From positions 2,626,228 to 2,690,227 of the forward strand of contig CAJINV010000004.1 in assembly GCA_905178155.1 (NCBI GenBank): a DNA stretch of 64,000 bases. The letters run 5' to 3'. The translations under genes were made by a program, and so were the position numbers. The notes beneath the pieces are model-generated. The model saw only the letters and a program-made list of their open reading frames with translations. It did no database searches and was not told the DNA's origin. This document shows positions 59,972-64,000 of the stretch, one piece after another; the first letter of the stretch is position 1, and every line of letters starts with the position of its first letter. The DNA comes from Amoebophrya sp. A120. Lineage: Eukaryota; Protista; Dinoflagellata.

Positions 59972-61896
59972 CTAAGGCGCAGGTGGAGGCGGTGGCGGCG
60001 CGGGGGGCTGTGGTGGTACTGTCCCGCTCTGGGGCATACTCATCATTTGCATCATCTGCATCTGCGTGGCCATCATGTGCTGGTAAGCGGCCCCCTGCTG
60101 AGCGGCGCTGCTCACCGGAGACACAGCATTTGCAGCAGCTGGAACTGGTGGTATGGCAGCAGCAACTCCTGTACTAGAAGAAGTTGATGTTCCTGTTGTA
60201 TTTCCTCCCGCTACGCCCTTCATAGTCGCGTTAAAGTTCGGGGGAAGCGGGGCCAAAGACGTTGAGGGGGGACTACGCCGTGGGCTGCGGGACCGAGAGC
60301 GCACGCTGGCGGCTGGTTGAGGGACTACTCCTGTAACAACACGACTTTGTGGTGCGCCAATTCCTCCTGGCACGCCCATACTCGAGGCCGTGGCGGTCGC
60401 GGCGAAGGGAGCGCTGCTCTTGCCTCCAGTCAAGATCGCCGTGGAAGTAGATGATCCACTTCTGTTGTTCGCCGCCGCACTGGCTGTATTTGCAAACATG
60501 TGGTAGGGCAGGTTGGTGACCACCCGGCCAGCGGCTTTGGGGACTGTGCCCTCGGGCGGGGGCCCCGGAATCACGCTGTTTTGCGGGCCCTGGATGGAAA
60601 AGCCCTGCATATGAAATGCAAAAATGTCTGGGTCTGGAAGATTGCAACTTGTCATGCTGTTTTTGGACTCTAAAAAATTTTGTATTGCATGACCAGCAAG
60701 AGGGACACCGTTTGTGCTACACGGGCAGGGCATTTCTCATGCGGAAGGTGCATCAGGAAGCCCTCTAGATGTCTGCGATGCTAGGTCATGCATTACAGGC
60801 ATCATGGGTCATGAGAAATATGCATGACAAATCTCACAACCTTCCAGACCCAGACATTTTTACAATCCATACTGCACGGGAAACGGCAACAGAGGGCGCT
60901 GCTGGTTCATGTGCTGCTGTGGTTGTAGTGGTCCTGCTCCGAACATACCAGGTTGCATCACGAAACTGTTCGGGCCGCCCATCATGCCTGCTCCTCCCCC
61001 CGCTAGTACACCTCCCACGCCCAGTCCTGCGGGCGGCACCGTGAAACCTGCCGCAGTTCGGAGTTCCGACGTGCCGTGCGCGTAGTGGCAGTTGTCCCCC
61101 CACTGACAATAGCCCTTCAAATGTTTCTGGCAGATCTTCGTCTTATACAGGTGCTCGCGGCCCGCGAAACAGGCGGGAATGGGCCGGTTGGCCGGCGGCC
61201 CGGTGAGCGCGTTCATCTGTTGCTCGCGGTCCCGTTCCTCTTTCGTCACCTCGCGGACGTGAGGACCACCACGACGATGATGGCCCCCGGTAGCGGAGGT
61301 TGACGCTGTGCCATTCGCGTAATTCTGCTCGTCGTCACTACTGTCGTCGCCGCTGCCGTTGTCGTCGTTGCCGGTCGCTGCTTCCTCGTCGTCCTCCGAA
61401 TCCATCCAGGCGAACTCCCGTTTTTTCTTCTTCTTTTTCTTCTTCCCGGAGTTCATCCCTTCGCCCTGCTCCTCTTTCGCCTTTTTCTCGAGAAGCTCCT
61501 TGGCCCGCTGTAGCCGCTCCTCCCGCTCCTCCTTCTCGGTCTGTTTCCGGAAATCCTCCAGCTCTTTCTCGGTCAGCTAAAAAGTGATGAAGGAAAGTTT
61601 GTATAAAATTCATTAGAGAGGACAGGGGCCGTGCTGCCAACAGTGGTAGTAAAAATGCAGTTGTATCTTCAAACATCAATGAAACAATCTCTCTATCGCT
61701 AAAACAGGGTACGTAGATATTAAACATAGAATCTTGTTTCATCTACCTGTGGATTTATATCGTCATTGACGGCTTTGTCCTCCTCGTCCTCCTTTACTTG
61801 CTCTCGCCAGTCTTTCGCCTTGCTTTTGACTGTGGCACCTCCAGCACCCACGACGGCTCCCCGCTTTGCGCCAAGCGGGTTCTTGCGGCCAAGCAT
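59972..61896 (-). CDS. CCCH zinc-finger (C3H1) protein with low-complexity tail
   Basis: YKTKICQKHLKGYCQWGDNCHYAHG (C-x8-C-x5-C-x3-H); GT-AG intron 61577-61746; introner 60610-60871. Confidence 0.85.
60610..60871. mobile_element. Introner family A, 262 bp
   Basis: DR CTGCA/CTGCA; reverse-complement relative of 5505-5766. Confidence 0.95.
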
Positions 61897-62804
61897 GGTT
61901 TTGTGGTTTATGGATGACGTCAATATTAGGTTTACAGCTTATTTGCTCATCATGATTATATGATCACGGAATGTAGACAAGCGAGGAAAAAATTATTCAC
62001 TTTGTCTAAACGTGGGTGTGGTCGAGAGGCGAAGAGTATTGGTGCTTCTTGCACCAGCATCCCAATAAAGCAGCTACTGCAACTACTACTTCGGTTTTAC
62101 ATTACGGTGATTGTTTTTCTTGTTCAGTTCCATGTTGGTTTTTCTTGATGCGTCAACATACACATTGAGCTGCCTAACTAGAGCCAATTAAGTACTCTTC
62201 AGTTCTTTGCGTTTGCGTTTCGATCCGAAACAACATGATATTCTGTGCGTGCAATGAATAATTTGTAAGTTTGTTTGAAGTGATGTGAACAAGAGTCAAG
62301 AAAGGATGTCGTGGGCGTCTGCTCGGATTTTCATATTTGTTCGTGGAGGTTCGTTCGTTTCAAATTCTGATCGTCCGACACCTTTACCTTTAGCGGTTTA
62401 TTTGTTCTATCCTTTATGTGTAGTAGAGCTTCTGTGAATAGTACTTGCGGCAGCTGCAGCTGCAACTATCGATCTCGCTCCGTACGTTGTGGTTTTCGGA
62501 GATGAAAGCGGATGAAATATGTTGTCAAATCAACATGTAACTCCTGCGAGATTTTGCGCTTCTTAGGTTGTAGCCGGATAGCTGCGCTTTCAAATCAGTT
62601 TCGTCCACATCAATCACGAATTTGAACACCATGTAGTTGCTTACGCACGTGCACTTCGGACTAGATGCAGATGTTAGAAACTCAAAGTGCTGTAGTCGCA
62701 GGACGACGGTTATTGTTCATTTTGATGGCTTCCCTTGAGTCTGCATTAGCAGAAGCAGAACAATCTTCTAGCGTGCGAAACTAGACACTAGAAGAAATCG
62801 CACT

Positions 62805-63995
62805 TCAGTCGAAAACCAGACCCGGATCTCGAATACGATCGCCTTTATCTTCTTCAAAACCTCGTCCGCCCTCCGCTGCACTCCGGACAGGCCCGCACGG
62901 CACGCTGGTCCGCGGGATTCCAAGCGGACGCGGGATGCTCGCGAGGATCTGGTGGAGGGGGGTGGTATTACTGCCCCTCGTCCCAGCTCTCGCAAGGTCT
63001 CGACGTCCTGGGGTGATCGGATTCCGTCTGGCGTCAAGGCCCGCTGGGTGATGTTGTTCTGCTGCTCGGTTATTTAGTGCTGCGCTCGTCCCGGGGCTCC
63101 ATCTCGAGGGGGCCACATTTTGGTTCTTGGGCTGTCTTTTGTTTTCCTCGCAGCCCCTGTTGCTCAGATGCCTCTGCTCGTGTTCGTCAGAACTTCTCGC
63201 ATGGAACAAAGTGTGAGAGGTCTTGTGATCCTCGAAAGCCTCCACCCCACCTGGAGAGTCGTTCATCTGGCGGCAACTCAACACTGGGACCACGTCGTTG
63301 CGGGACCGCAGCTCCGGATGGAAGTCCCTCGACGGGGACGATGAATACTGCTCCTGCAACATCTGGTGCCTCAGCGGCTGGTGCCTTTGCGTTTGTTCAG
63401 ACAACTTGCTGGCCGCGTGGTTCACTTGCATTAAGCTCGCAACACTTCTACTTGTTTTAGAACTGTCCTCGTCCATCACCGGCGAGCCTAAATCCGGGCG
63501 CACCACTTGCGGCTCTTCGGCTGCCGAAGTCACGTACCCGCGACGCACTGATTGCAGGCTCTTCCTGGTGCTTCTCAAGTCGTTGTAAATGGGGTCGTTC
63601 AGGTACATAGGAGGCTGGTGCAGTTGTTGTTGGGGAGTGTAGTTATTTTTAACCCGGGACATGATCACGCCAGCACGACCGGGAGGTGTCGCAGCGGTTG
63701 TCGAGGAACTAGCTGCTCCTGAAAATTCGCTATTTTGAAGAAACAAATTCTTCGACGCCACTTCTTCTGCAGCGCTACTGCTGTTCATCCGGCAAGCTGC
63801 ACCTTGTTGGGTAGAAGACACAAATTGTAATTCCGGCGGGGGAAGTGAGTAGGAATTATTGTGGGTCCAGCTTATGCTAGCTTCTTGCTGTGGAGGATGC
63901 ATACGCAACGCGCCGTCGTGGGGCCCGTAAGAACCAGGACTCATCCGGCGTTCGTGGTCGTAGGACTCTGTCGGTGAAAAAGGAAGTTCACACAC
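62805..63995 (-). CDS. Low-complexity hypothetical protein, probably 5'-truncated by window end
   Basis: 396-codon S/Q/P-rich ORF on the same strand as all other genes. Confidence 0.55.
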   Translation of the reverse strand: MCELPFSPTESYDHERRMSPGSYGPHDGALRMHPPQQEASISWTHNNSYSLPPPELQFVSSTQQGAACRMNSSSAAEEVASKNLFLQNSEFSGAASSSTTAATPPGRAGVIMSRVKNNYTPQQQLHQPPMYLNDPIYNDLRSTRKSLQSVRRGYVTSAAEEPQVVRPDLGSPVMDEDSSKTSRSVASLMQVNHAASKLSEQTQRHQPLRHQMLQEQYSSSPSRDFHPELRSRNDVVPVLSCRQMNDSPGGVEAFEDHKTSHTLFHARSSDEHEQRHLSNRGCEENKRQPKNQNVAPSRWSPGTSAALNNRAAEQHHPAGLDARRNPITPGRRDLARAGTRGSNTTPLHQILASIPRPLGIPRTSVPCGPVRSAAEGGRGFEEDKGDRIRDPGLVFD

Positions 63996-64000
63996 ATCTT

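Noticed and set aside
1727-60733. Recurring peptides PDPDIF, MSGSGR and YALQKYRTR as a protein family
   Set aside because: They are translations of introner TIRs
2122-60871. Recurrent TGTCTGGGTCTGGAAG as a CRISPR or REP-type repeat
   Set aside because: Copies occur as inverted pairs with 5-bp DRs inside eukaryotic exons; no direct repeat-spacer array or cas genes
1-64000. Plus-strand ORFs in the track
   Set aside because: Mostly antisense shadows of minus-strand exons or introner sequence; none has a recognisable motif

Overview
Eukaryotic, gene-dense DNA in which every recognisable gene lies on the minus strand. The dominant feature is about 50 short elements (104-698 bp) that interrupt coding sequence. 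Each has terminal inverted repeats starting TA (mostly TAT...ATA) and a 5-bp direct repeat. In nearly every case checked by hand, deleting the element plus one 5-bp copy restores the reading frame, so they behave as non-GT-AG 'introner' introns. This architecture matches what is reported for the parasitic dinoflagellate Amoebophrya (organism is an inference). Manually spliced genes: ankyrin-repeat protein, enolase-superfamily (MR/MLE) enzyme, mitochondrial-type uL2, an ABC transporter with 18 introners, a Cys-rich protein, an AlkB-family dioxygenase with a GRF-type zinc finger, an eIF5A-like protein lacking the hypusine motif, a fasciclin-domain protein and a CCCH zinc-finger protein. The most striking structure is a 13.8-kb TIR transposon (21372-35185, 6-bp TSD GAATTG). 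It encodes a hAT-like transposase and a cargo gene, sits inside an introner that sits inside a host exon, and its transposase gene carries two introners of its own. Family letters A-K are my own labels. All splicing is inferred from DNA only.
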